Source: Anthoceros angustus (taxonomy: Eukaryota; Plantae; Anthocerotophyta). From it: 64,000 bases of DNA. The translations under genes were made by a program, and so were the position numbers. The stretch spans positions 1,612,001 to 1,676,000 of the forward strand of contig MU008155.1 in assembly GCA_010909165.1 (NCBI GenBank), given 5' to 3'. Of the stretch, positions 36,900 through 48,311 are shown piece after piece; positions within the stretch are counted from its first letter, which is position 1, and each line of letters begins with the position of its first letter. The notes under the pieces were generated by a model. The model saw only the letters and a program-made list of their open reading frames with translations, was not told the origin of the DNA and searched no databases.

Positions 36900-37400
36900 A
36901 GATAAGCCGCACTTAGATCTGCAGCATTAGGAACAACATAAGGAACATCCGGGACATCATATTCTCGGTGGCCAAGGAGGGCGGCTTTTTTCCCTTTAAG
37001 GAGCATCCCTAAACCTTGCTCAATTGTGTGTCTCTCAAGGCTACTTTTCTCGACCGGGGGGTACTGTGGCTAATGTGGTTGTAACAGACCCCACCCAGCA
37101 TAGTGTCTGTGAGCAAGTTATCCTCAATCCCCCGGGTTGGGCAGTGAAAGGTTGTGCGACAGCCAAGGTCCACAACTACTCTCCTATGCATAACGGCCAC
37201 ACTTTTATCCCTCTCGCCATCCAGACTCACCACGATCGCAGGAATGGGATTGGTCTTCCCCTTTCTTGTATTGTATCTTTCTTCAGGCAACGGGTGTCTA
37301 TCGCCCTGCAGAGGGCATTGGTGAACGCGGTGTACTCGACAGTGACTAGTGCAGGGGAGGCGGCTTCTTCGGCGAACATGATAATTTTTGAAGGGGGGGA
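36900..37400 (+). mobile_element. Relic of an early-branched (CRE-like) non-LTR retrotransposon C-terminal REL endonuclease
   Basis: NIRDIIFSVAKEGGF, NVVVTDPT, FIPLAIQT and VSFFRQRVSIALQRA resemble REL-domain motifs. A deletion and a stop are present. Confidence 0.55.
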
Positions 37401-38269
37401 ATATATTAACCTCCTTCGGTCAAGACAGCACCCCCTTGTCACGATGTACACCCTTCCTGTAACAGCATATCTGCCCTACTTTGATAATGCGCACACCCTT
37501 TCTGAGGTCATACCTTTGATAAAAGACGCACTTTCATGTCTACACCCGAGAACTGGAGCACAGTAGGGTGTGGGCCCGTCTGCTTTTGTAGAATGCATAG
37601 AGGGCTGCCATTTTCATATGTTTATTACAACCGAAAACTTTTACTTTCAAGTGGTGGAACACAATGAAAACAATCCTGTACTAGCAGGAGTCTCATTTCA
37701 ATGTCGTGAGAACATTGCAACAAACAATTGCTAAAGGAGAAAGTGGTCATCAGCATCGACAATAGTCATTCAAGAGTGCGGCCTAGTGACTCATCCATGC
37801 CTTGCACCGAAACTGAGTCAAGTACCACCGCCATATTCCGGAGGCGGTCCATATCCTCCGCTTCAAAGATGTCGTTCTCCTCCATTGCTTGCTCGTCTTC
37901 AATAGTACCATTTTTGGGCCCAACGTCCGACGGTGTCGACTGCCACACAACATCTAGCGTCTGCTAACCCTCATCCAAAAGTCGCTAGTCGTGGTCTTCA
38001 ACTTTCTGGCACTCAATGCAACCACTTGGGCTTTAAGGCAATGCCAACGTCCTTAAAATGAACAAAGTTAGTTGCCCATGCGCCCATGCAAGCATCCTTA
38101 AAATCAACAAAGTTGAGTTGTTCAGGAAATACGGGTTTTGAACACTTGAACACGAAACCTATTCATTACTACACTTTTTCCCCAAACACTTAACCAACGG
38201 TCCCAAGTTCCAAAGCTCATGAGCTGCTAAATATCTATTTTCTTAAAGACAGCCTATGAGGAGCCAATG

Positions 38270-38555
38270 GGGGCGCCGGCCGGCGCCCATGGGCGGTGTG
38301 CCTAGGGAGGCGCCGGCCGGCGCCCATGGGCATGGCAAGGCGTGTTGGCGGGATGGGCGGCCGGCCCATGGGCGGTGTGCTAGGGAGGGCGCCGGCCGCC
38401 CATGGGCACGCCCATGGGCGGTGTGCTAGGGAGGGCGCCGGCCGGCGCCCATGGCAAGGCACGACATGTTGGAGGGCGCGCTGACCGGCTGGCGCCCATG
38501 GGTAGGGCAGGGTGTGCTTAGGGAGGGCGCTGGCCGGCCGGCGCCCATGAGCAGT
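38270..38555. repeat. GC-rich tandem palindromic repeat cluster
   Basis: Repeated GGGAGGGCGCCGGCCGGCGCCCATGGGCGGTGTG variants. Confidence 0.85.
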
Positions 38556-40540
38556 GGCATCTTTGGGGATCGCCTCCTTAGCACCATCCTACGGTGCATG
38601 CGGGTGAAGCTAGGGGGGGGACAAGAAGGGAACAACAGGTATCCTATCAGCGATGGAAGGTGTGGCCCATTTGCAGGAAGGGTTAAAAGATTACAACATC
38701 CTTGGAAGTGGTTTTCACGAGCAGAAGTGGATCATACGGCCTGACCAGTTCAAGTGTTGGATGAAGCTTTGCTAGATGAGGCATTATTGAGGGACCTCCC
38801 ACAGCGTGATATGTACTTGGGGGCAGATCAAAATGCTGGAAGGCAACAGTGAGAATGGCGCGGATGAATGGGGACATAATGGAAATCTTGAAGGGGATGT
38901 TTCTGGCAGTGTTGTGCACTATGGACATGCATAACAGGCCATTCTGGATTAGGGAGAGTCATTGACGCGAAGCTAGATGCACCACGACCTCACTTTCTTA
39001 TCCACTGGTATCGGACTGAGCACACATATGCGTACGAAGGGAGATATGTGTAGGAATACATAGTCCGTCAGAGTGCTAACCCATCTGGTCTGATGCCGAG
39101 GAAAAAAGGGAATAAGGTCCATTACCCAAAAAACATACAGGAGGTGTTTGTGAATAAAATAGCCATCCTGTATTATGGGTTTGTGTTGAACGCACGGAAA
39201 CATGTGTATGTGTTGGACAAAAAAGTGATAAGGGATGAGCTTTGCGAGTTGCGCGGCTTCATACAGCCTGCGAGTCAAAGTGCCGCTGAAGATAGTGATG
39301 ACAATGCTGGAGAAGCTGGACCAAGTGATGACGAAGGATTGAACTCTGGTGATGAGTGAAACTGAAATCACGGTTTGTCCCGGGGTCCCAGAGTGAATGT
39401 TGAACGTCTAGTTCCAAATGTTACTGTGTTTTGGAAATACCCTGTCTATGGCTTTTGTTGTGTCCTTACTAAACCACATTTTCCTCCCAAAATTGAATTT
39501 ACGGTCGTCCCTTCCCGGCAAGAACGGCCTTCCTTACCGTTCCTACTTTGCATTAATCCCATAGGTTCGAGTTTGCAACCACCATTCGACAGAAACATTG
39601 TTGGATGGAAAGTAGGAACTTTAGTGGATGACACCCTTTTTTTCGGAGATGTTTTCCGGAATGCCTTAAAAACGCTGTTTTAAGGCCCATCAAAAACCTG
39701 TTTCAGAGATTATTTACGGAAAACCCCCTTCGAAATTATTCACCCCCTTCAAAAATTATGATGTTTAGGCCCCGCGGGTGAGAATTGGACAAGGTAAAGG
39801 ATGGTGAGGCCTCCTCAACCCTTCTTGATCAAACTCTTCAAAGCTCACATTTCTTCTTGTCAAGTCCGTACCACTTTCAACCTTAATCTACCCATGGGTG
39901 GCACATGGAGCAAGTCAAATCTTAAATTCAAAATCTCCTGGCGAAGCTTGGCTATAGTTCGTCTCTGAACACCTAGCTGCGCCACAGCTGTAGTGGGCGT
40001 CACAGTGGGTATAGACAGGACCTCCTTCAGAGCCTCACTGAAATACTCAGCCATTTGGTCAAAATCCCCAACTAGGGCGATCAGCCCTCTTTCTTCAGAT
40101 ACTCGCTGGCTCTCACTAGAGCTTGTAGTGGCCAGGCAGATGCTCTCTTATACTAGTGTTTGACTGCATCCGACAAGCTTTCATTACTCAAGGACAAATC
40201 ATCTATTCTATTTATTTTCTTGCTTCTCTACAAAACATTGTGAAACATTGCCGTCATTTTCCAAAATTCTACATGTCGAATTTTGGAAAATGTAGCTCAT
40301 CTAGAAACCAAGGCCCATGCATCTATACGTGCATCAAACTCGAATGAGCCGGACATTTGACGCACCAATCAAAAAGATCCAACTGCAAGTCATCGGTAGG
40401 GGCACATAGAGTAAGGCCGAAAAGGTTTTACATGTTGTATACAAAGGGAATGCGGGAACATAACATCAGCCAATAAATGATTTTCAAAAATAATATTCAT
40501 GACTTTACGCCTAGATACCGGGATGATTTACAAATTTTTT

Positions 40541-40757
40541 AAACCACTAAAAATCAACACTCCATCCTGGTACTGATCTGCCTCTAGGTTGCTTAACAGT
40601 GGATTTGTTACAAAGTTTTCAAAGCGCCAAAAACAACCAAACCATCCTAGTACTAATCCGACCCAAGAGTGCTTAACCCTGGAGTTCTCAAAGCACTAAA
40701 AACAAGCACCCCATCCTCGTATTGATCGAACCCAGGGGTGCTTAACCTTGGAGTTCC
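40541..40757 (-). pseudogene. Three tandem 5S rRNA-derived (internal control region) fragments
   Basis: The reverse complement of unit 2, AGAACTCCAGGGTTAAGCACTCTTGGGTCGGATTAGTACTAGGATGG, aligns to plant 5S AGAACTCCGCAGTTAAGCGTGCTTGGGCGAGAGTAGTACTAGGATGG. Each ~70-80-bp unit is followed by a T run. Confidence 0.7.
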
Positions 40758-41974
40758 AATGTCATTCTTCTATCTATGTACACCTTTCCCAAGCGGATGC
40801 CATTGAGAGATACAAATAATATATATACATTTGTGCCGGATGTCCGGCGCATCCACTCTACCATTTCCATCGCGCTGGACGCCCGCAAGATTGGTGTCTC
40901 CAGAAAAGGCGCCGGACGTTCGGCGCAGGCTTTAGCAGACTCGTGCCAATGTGCCGAACGTTCGGCGCATTGCTCCAATTCCTTCCTATGTTTTTCACTC
41001 TAACAATGGAGATCCCAGGGTTGTGTACTCACCGTGCACCAGACATCTAGCCCTACTTTCTAGAGTCACTGAAACACTGTTTTATTAGCAAATTTTCTAT
41101 AGATTGAAGGCAGGAATTCAGAAGCTGTTCAGCTATATGGTCAACAATTTCTAGATTCTGGTCTTCTGTGTACGATTTTAAACTCTTGAACGACGAATGC
41201 AATGACGCGGACGGGGAAAGTCACCACAATAATTCTTCACATCTGATTTGTGCGCCTGTGATCTCTTAGGGTATCTGGAATTTGGAACTTGCTCAAGTGT
41301 CCGGTTCCTATGGAATTTGTTGTCTAATTCTACCTGGTATCATGACCAAACTTGGAACATAAGAGATATTCTTGCTTGATGCTATACATCAGTTGCTCGA
41401 TCAAACCCCCCTGCTCTCGAATTCCTTGTGCCTTGTGGAACTTTGTGATCTGAAGTGCGAAGGCGTACATATCTACTAGCTTTGTTCTGGAGGCCGGTAA
41501 TGTTGATAGCGCGCTCGTCGGTATGCTGGAAGAGATTCACTCTTGGCAGTGGATCAGGAGAAGAGCAAGATTGATGTTGTCTGCAATGTCTTCGACAATC
41601 GTCACAAAGTAATTCACCGCGTGGTGCATGCTGAAGAAGTAGGCGTGCAAGATTGACTAGAATCATCCTTCTCGGCATGGGTCTAGATGGGTTGATCAAT
41701 CTCGTCCTATGATCATTGCCGTGTAGATACATGGATCGGGCTCTGGTACCAAAACGTGGGGTCGGATTAACGTGGTGGTAAATCGAGCATTGCGAGGTGG
41801 GGGAACGAGGGAAGGCGTGCACACGCAAGAAAGCGAGAGGAATGATAACTAAATAATTATCAATAAATAAATTAGACTATATGTATAGGCGTAAAGCAGG
41901 TTAGGATTTGGTAACTACTAATTAGGTATCTATAGATAAAACACCCTTTCCATTATGCATTCCCATCCTAACCT

Positions 41975-42055
41975 AGCCACAATCATAGCCGCATTCCCGT
42001 CATTTGCAGCCACAGCCGCATTCCCGTCATCTACAGCCACAGCCGCATTCCCACT
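41975..42055. repeat. 27-bp tandem repeat x3
   Basis: AGCCACAGCCGCATTCCCGTCAT... units. Confidence 0.8.
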
Positions 42056-42211
42056 ACGGCACGATGGCGTCTGCATGCATCGGCATTCCCACTTCGGCAC
42101 AATTTCACGTGTGCTACCTCCGACGTCTCGACTAACCGCTACTGTTGGGCACTCCCCTTGGTATTTTCTTCCAATTAGGAAGTGGACAACCAAAAATAAT
42201 TTAATAACCAT

Positions 42212-42790
42212 AGAAGAAGAAGAAGAATTTTATTTAAGTCCACTAAGAACGGATTTCCATCATGGGACTGAAATATGATAACTACATAGATTGCGGTAAA
42301 CTGGTCTGGACGAATGTAAAGGTAAAATTCAAACAAGACAAATAATCAATCAATCAACAATGTCAATGAAATTGCGTGAACGAGGGCCAAAGACCACCAA
42401 TTCATCCCCACAAAAAAAAGCCACTTGACCTATAGCGCGAGCTGCTCTAAAAGCGAGTAACTTCTCTTTCTTAGTCTTCCATTGCAATGGTGTAAGATCC
42501 TCATTGATATATAACTGAGTTGTCCGTAAAATAGACCTAGCCTTCATAACCTGGAGGCGATCATCCATAGAGTGAAAAGTCATAATCAATATGCGCTCCC
42601 TACTGGGATCCTTTCCAAGCCAGAAGGCTGGAGGAACGACCACATGGATCTCTAGCCTATTCATAAACTCTTTTGCAGCCACAAGTGGTGCAACAATATC
42701 ATTACCAAGACTAAAAATTCTCAAAGTACGGCGAACACGGTCAGCCATCTCGGAACCAACTTCCGATACTGTATTGCCATCAGGACAAGA
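42212..42790 (-). mobile_element. LINE ORF1-like reading frame directly followed by a 3' tail (AATAAA + (CTT)n)
   Basis: RILIMTFHSMDDRLQVMKARSILRTTQLYINEDLTPLQ resembles the RRM/CTD of LINE ORF1p. The tail at 42269-42212 lies ~80 bp after the stop, with no ORF2. Confidence 0.6.
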
Positions 42791-43722
42791 AGGAGCAAGG
42801 GGATCATTAATCCCCAGGAGGTTATAGCCCCATGCGGTACTTGATGTATAGAAGCGCGAGTGCGAATATTATAATATCCTATATTTTATTTTCACTCGCA
42901 AAATTGGAGCTGCTCTCGCAGTACAAAAGAGAACACACTGGTGATATATATAGACGAGGTACATCTGTAGTGAGAGCGCGCCGAAAGTGGTGTGCTAGGA
43001 GTCTGCACGTTAGTAAAGCAGTTGTCTCTTGTGCCAGTTTAGCCACCCTCGTCGCTCATCCGAATGCCTGGATGTACAAATGTGAGGTGCTTTTGGTATA
43101 GCAACACCGCTAATTGTGCGAAGTTTTGCCACTAGAGTGAGGAGTGGCATCAGGTGAGCAACGCACAACGCATTTCACGTCACTTGAACGTGCTTTCCAT
43201 TTCGCGCAAATTGTGTAGAGGTCAGCGCCGAGTCTTTTGCAGTCGGTTGTAACCAACCAACCAACCAACCCGCTGCGCGTCGTGCGACTGCCTGATTTGT
43301 AGCCTAGCAGCACATCGTCGGGGCGGGTATATTAGATTACTTCCACCTCCTTAGGGAGAGTTTCACGACCGGTAGCACTACATGTTCCAAGAGGGACCCG
43401 GCACCAGGCACCAGGCACCAGGCGAAGGGCCGCATGAGTTCTGTTTTCGATGCTCTGCAATTGGCGCTTGTAAAGCTGCTTGCAGGCGTACAAGCGAGCT
43501 TATGGTTTGATGCACGATGCGCGGTGAGACTCCCCCGGCCCATTGCAGCACGCCGGGTGAGGCCGCACGCCGGCCGCGGGAGCTTCCAATTGGAGATGGG
43601 ACGACGGTGCAGCGCAGCCTGCAGCTGGCAACATCCGAGCTCGAGACAGCTTCCGGTTGTGGTTGAATTGCTTGGCCTGTGATTCCAGGAGGAGCAGGCT
43701 TGATCGAAAACGTAAGTCCAGG

Positions 43723-45665
43723 ATGACGATGGCGGCCCCGGAGAAGGTGCGCGGCAGCAGGCTGGACGTGCTGTTCGGCAAGGTTGCGCTGGTCACCATC
43801 TGCTTCTTCTGCCTCAACTTCCTCTTCAACTACTATTCTCTTGGCGGCCCCGCGCGGGAGAAGGGCACCTGGCTGGCGGCATGGATCAGGGACTCCTCCA
43901 CGCTCACATCGCTGCAGCAGCTGCTGGACGGGCCGGGGATGGACCTAATTCCGGGCGCGGAGCGGGATCGGTATCCGGAGGGGGAGGACGTGGACACCAG
44001 GCTGGAGCTCTACAACGTGGCCGACATCTTCAACAGCGGGCAGGTGCTGGCCAGGTTCCGCAACGTGTGCTACAACGGGAGCCACATCCTGACGCTGGGG
44101 GACAAGCTGGTGTGCGAGAACGCGCACGATGAGGCCCCGGCCGGGGGCTGGGGCCCGCTCATCCCGCAGCGCTGCAGCGACACGGGAGCGTGGAACAGGC
44201 ACCTGGCGGGGCTGCTCCGGGAGTACGTAATGCCCTTCGCCAGCCGGGACCGGGACTGGTTCGAGAGCAGGAGCAGGAAGGGGAGCCTGGCCTGGGAGCC
44301 GGCCACCTCGACCTTCATCTTCCTGGACAGGAGCACCGGCAATGTGGCGCACTTCCTAGGGAAGATGAACATGATCCTGCTCTTCAACGGCGCCTCCATC
44401 CCCGTGCCCGCGCTGGGGGATATGCTGGTGGAGAAATTCTTCTTCACGCTGCACCCGGCGCGGGAGGAGCAGTGGGCCAACACAAGCCGCAACCAGCAGG
44501 GGTTTCTCGCAACCTACATGGCGGGGACTCTGAACCGCGTCCTGGCCCCCTTCCAGATCCCGGAGCTCCGCGGCCCGGACCTGGTCGCGGGGGACGGCCA
44601 CCGCATCGTGGCTGCCCAGGGCAGGGCAACGTTCGGCGGCGTCCCCTTCATGGACGCGTCCGAGGACCGCCCGCTGTGCTTCCAGCAGGCCTTCCTGCCG
44701 GGGATCCTCAAGGTCGGTGACTAGGTTTCTCTTGCCGGAAGCTTGTTATGTTTTGCTGCGGTTTTTGGAAGCTCTGAAAGGAAATGTCGGTCATAGAAAA
44801 TTCATTCGTTTCTTGCTCGCTTGCTGTACCTGTACAGTTCACGCACTACGTGGGAATGGGTGGGGAAGTTGCGGACATCGTGCGGCAGCATTTCCGGGAC
44901 TGGCTCCACCTGGAGGCGGATGCACAGCAGCCCGGGTCGGGCCCGGCGGTGCTGCTGTACATCCGGAGGGAGGGCGCGAGGAGGATTTTCTTCCCTGAAT
45001 CCGAGCAGAGGCTGGCGCCGGTGCTGGAGGGCGTGGAGGGATTCACCGTGCGGAACATCAGCTACAGCAGGATGAGCTTCCGGGACCAGCTGAGGCAGAC
45101 GCAGGAGGCGGACGTGGTGATCTCGCTGCACGGGGCCAACCTGGTGAACCCGTCCATGCTGGCGCGGAGGAACAGCATCCTGATCGAGCTCGGGCCGTAC
45201 CGCGTGCTGCACCGGATGTACGAGACGCAGGCCATCCACTCCGGCATCATCTACATAGCGCACCACCTGGACCAGGGCACTCCGGAGGAGGCGGACGACG
45301 GCCGCTTCAAGGGGCTCGCCTACATCAGCTGCATGACCGTCCCCGCCTGCAAGGACCATTTCGTGCACCGCAGGAATGTGGAGCTCAATCAGGAGGACTT
45401 GACGCAGATCCAGTCCCTCCTTGCCGTTGCCAGGCGGATACATTTCGAGCTCACGCAAAAGGGTATCACCGTTAATGATCGGGCGACCACGGGGAAGTTC
45501 CGCGCAGGCTTGCTCCGCATTTTGAAGGAGGAGACGGGGGTGGACGTCTCATGCGGCCCCTACCGCAGCACCAAGAACGACGAGTGCCGCAGCACATGGT
45601 TGGCTTTTGCCGACGCCGAAGGAGCTCCCGTTCTTTGTTATCTCGCAATCCGATGCAGCTCCTGA
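43723..45665 (+). CDS. GT61-like glycosyltransferase, paralog 3
   Basis: Exons 43723-44712 and 44838-45665; phase-0 intron after PGILK. TM segment VALVTICFFCLNFLFNYY; motifs NVAHFLGK and HGANLVN. Confidence 0.72.
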
Positions 45666-46099
45666 GTCCTTCGACTGCGGCCGCGGTTTAGCGACCTGGG
45701 CATTCGACTCACAGCTTCCCAAGCGATCTGGAGCCAACTGGGTGGGAGTCACAATTTTCGCTGCGCGCCATTTTTACCCAAGGAAAAATGGGTTACACTT
45801 CGGACTAAGGGGATGGATCAGAGAACAGGGCGGAAGACGGACCTTCGGACAAAGGTAAAAGCAGGCTCCATCATTTGAGGCTGAGGACTTCGAATAACCT
45901 AGTGCACGGGCATATCTCAAGCTTGCATGCAATTGGTACATAATTCTTTAGGTGCTCTTGTAGATTTGGGTGGCGTGCAGTAGGATCCAAATCGAGGTGT
46001 TAGAGTTTAGGATTTTATAATTTATTAGGTCTCCTCGCGAGCTGGGCCCGAGTAGGGCCTGCCACGATATCACGAGTTGAGACAATCGAGAACTTGCTT

Positions 46100-46700
46100 T
46101 TCAGGCAGCAAGGTTGCCGTGTGCAAGGCTGCCACCGTCAGTGTGTGCGGCCGGCTGCCGGCCGCAAAGCGCTACAGCGGAGCCCAAAAATCCGCCTAGG
46201 GGGCTTTACTTCTTTCAAGATTATGACACGCTGCACTACTGAACGTTCCTATCTTCACCAACCGGTGCGTATTTCATGAGCCCATGTTTCTGACTAGCGT
46301 CCTACAGTGAGGACTCTCGCTGCCTGCTACAATTGCAAATCGTGCCGCACTGCAATTTCTCTTCCCAATTTCCTGCCCACAAACGGTGTGATCATGAGCC
46401 CAGCGTAAGGTTCCATCATATGGTAGCCGCTTGAACAAAAACATCGCTACCAAAAAAGACTGAAGAGCTCGACCGGTACCCACTGATAAACCAACGGTCC
46501 AAAACTACGGGTGTAAGACCTGGAGTATCTCCACAGGTGATGGCCTATCCACACATGCCTTGGTTGTACAAGGCTTTTGCAAGGAACGCGGGACCGCAAA
46601 CATGATGCCTCTAATAAAGCCTGTGCGGGAATGGGTATAAAAGGCGAAAATGCATTTGAAGGAATACGGAATATCTTTATGCACCACAAACTATGATAAC
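46100..46700 (-). pseudogene. Possible degenerate group II intron maturase fragment (organelle-derived insertion)
   Basis: Broken frames give PAFLAKALY...GDTPGLTPVVLD, PVGEDRNVQ and LHTA, in the order expected for RT0-RT2 motifs. The flank is AT-rich and organelle-like. Confidence 0.3.
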
Positions 46701-47830
46701 TTAGTTATTGTGCCTTATACAACTACTTGATGGGTCAGAACTAGATTTGGACGGAATAAACTGGAATAAAGAATAAACTGTCATTAACATCGTAGGTTAT
46801 TTAACCGAAATAATGAAGAAATGGAGGCAAGTTATTCTGGTGCTTCGTACGACATCACTAACAGGACAGGGACGGATTTCACTGACAGAGGACAGGGAAG
46901 TGGCCTTCGCCTGGGAAAGGTCTTTTTCGTCCGCAAGCTAACGCTTATTCTTCAGTCTTTGCTTAAAGCATTTGATGGTGGCCACAGGGACGGATTGAGT
47001 GTGAACGACAAAGGAGGTTGATGAATTGATTTAGATAGTATGTAATAATGCTAAACCTAAAATTAAAAGGCAGTCTTAATACACTGCTCAAACCCTAAAG
47101 TAAAGAGTTAGATTCTCTAAAAACAAAAACAAATTAATAAGTAACGTGATTCATTGGCTTTTATTTGTTCTTAACTTCGGCACATGCCTCGCTGACAACT
47201 CCGTCGGGGATATCCTTACGAAGTCTCTTGTCTTTTAGGGAAAAAAAAATTCTTCACAGCACATTGGCGTTTTTGTAGCACCATGTGAAAAGAGATGTAG
47301 CCTAGCGAGCTATGTATGCAAGGGAGAAACTATAGTAATTAACATGGAGATTGAGACATAATTATTTTGGTGAATAATTAAGACATAATTTGACACCCAT
47401 TTTTTTGGAGACCTTGTAGCCACTAGAGGAAAAGGACTCCTTTTACCAAGTATTTTACAACTAGGTAAAATGAGCACACGATGCATTGTTAGATATAAAA
47501 CCTTCATAGTGTTGTAAAATGTGGTGGCATGGACGGATTGATGATATGACAAGGATCTACATATCCAGTGACATGGCCGGCCTATTGACATGGCGCCCAT
47601 CACTACTTCATCTTTCTCGTTGCTATTTCAGCATAATGAGGTGGCATTTTGGTGCCACATCAGCTACTTGACGTGTTTTATTGTTTTCATTGGCTGCTAG
47701 ATGCTAATGTGACAGGTTTTGAATGGTTGCTGGGTTGCTGACATTGTGTGCTTTCATTCGTTACAAGGTTGTTGACATTGTTGACGAGGTTTCATGGTTG
47801 CCTAATTGTTGATGTGGCGGGTTTTAGATT

Positions 47831-48193
47831 GGGACTTAGATGGGGTGCCAAAGGGAGCTTAATCCTGAGCTTAGATCGGGACTTAGATGGGGTGCCTAAA
47901 GGGAGCTAAATCCTGAGCTTAGATCGGGACTTAGATGGGGTGCCTAAAGGGAGCTTAATCCTGAGCTTAGATCGGGACTTAGATGGGGTGCCTAAAGGGA
48001 GCTAAATCCTGAGCTTAGATCGGGACTTAGATGGGGTGCCTAAAGGGAGCTTAATCCTGAGCTTAGATCGGGACTTAGATAGGGTGCCTAAAGGGAGCTT
48101 AACCCTGAGCTTAGATCGGGACTTAGATGGGGTGCCTAAAGGGAGCTTAACCCTGAGCTTAGATCGGGACTTAGATGGGGTGCCTAAAGGGAG
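47831..48193. repeat. 48-bp minisatellite, about 7.6 copies
   Basis: Unit GGGACTTAGATGGGGTGCCTAAAGGGAGCTTAATCCTGAGCTTAGATC starts at 47831, 47878, 47926, 47974, 48022, 48070, 48118 and 48166. Confidence 0.97.
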
Positions 48194-48311
48194 TGGATGC
48201 CCTTGGTGCAAGTAGCTTAGGCACACCATGGTACAAGTTGTTAAGTACCAAGTCCCATGATGGAAATCCGTCCTTAGTGGACTTAAAAAAAATTCTTCTT
48301 CTTCTTCTTCT
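48194..48311 (+). mobile_element. SINE/LINE-tail family copy ending in (CTT)n
   Basis: GTCCCATGATGGAAATCCGTCCTTAGTGGACTTAAAAAAAATTCTTCTTCTT is shared with 42212-42269 and 55065-55220. Confidence 0.7.

Larger units (their letters stand above)
36457..41079. mobile_element. Putative hAT-like composite unit bounded by CAGTGTTTC inverted termini
   Basis: CAGTGTTTC at 36457 and GAAACACTG ending at 41079. GCCGGACGT(C/T)(C/T)GGCGCA-like motifs occur near both ends, and the left end coincides with the Copia break. No TSD match. Confidence 0.35.

Noticed and set aside
39550-39600. GGTTCGAG B-box-like motif suggesting a tRNA
   Set aside because: No acceptor or anticodon stems and no A box.
38683-40054. 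Short ORFs inside the composite element as transposase fragments
   Set aside because: No DDE, hAT dimerisation or CACTA motifs were recognised; left unassigned.
41335-41830. TGGTATCA PBS-like site followed by a possible Gypsy gag
   Set aside because: It is not preceded by a CA LTR end, and no convincing gag motif follows.
27946-45665. Bacterial contamination or recent HGT island as the explanation for the GC-rich GT genes
   Set aside because: Each gene has a conserved spliceosomal GT-AG intron and a type II TM segment, and is embedded among plant genes and TEs. Ancient HGT is not excluded.
47831-48193. CRISPR-like appearance and the 111-aa repetitive ORF (48002-48337)
   Set aside because: Units are contiguous with no unique spacers, and the context is eukaryotic. 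The peptide simply reflects a 48-bp unit without stops.
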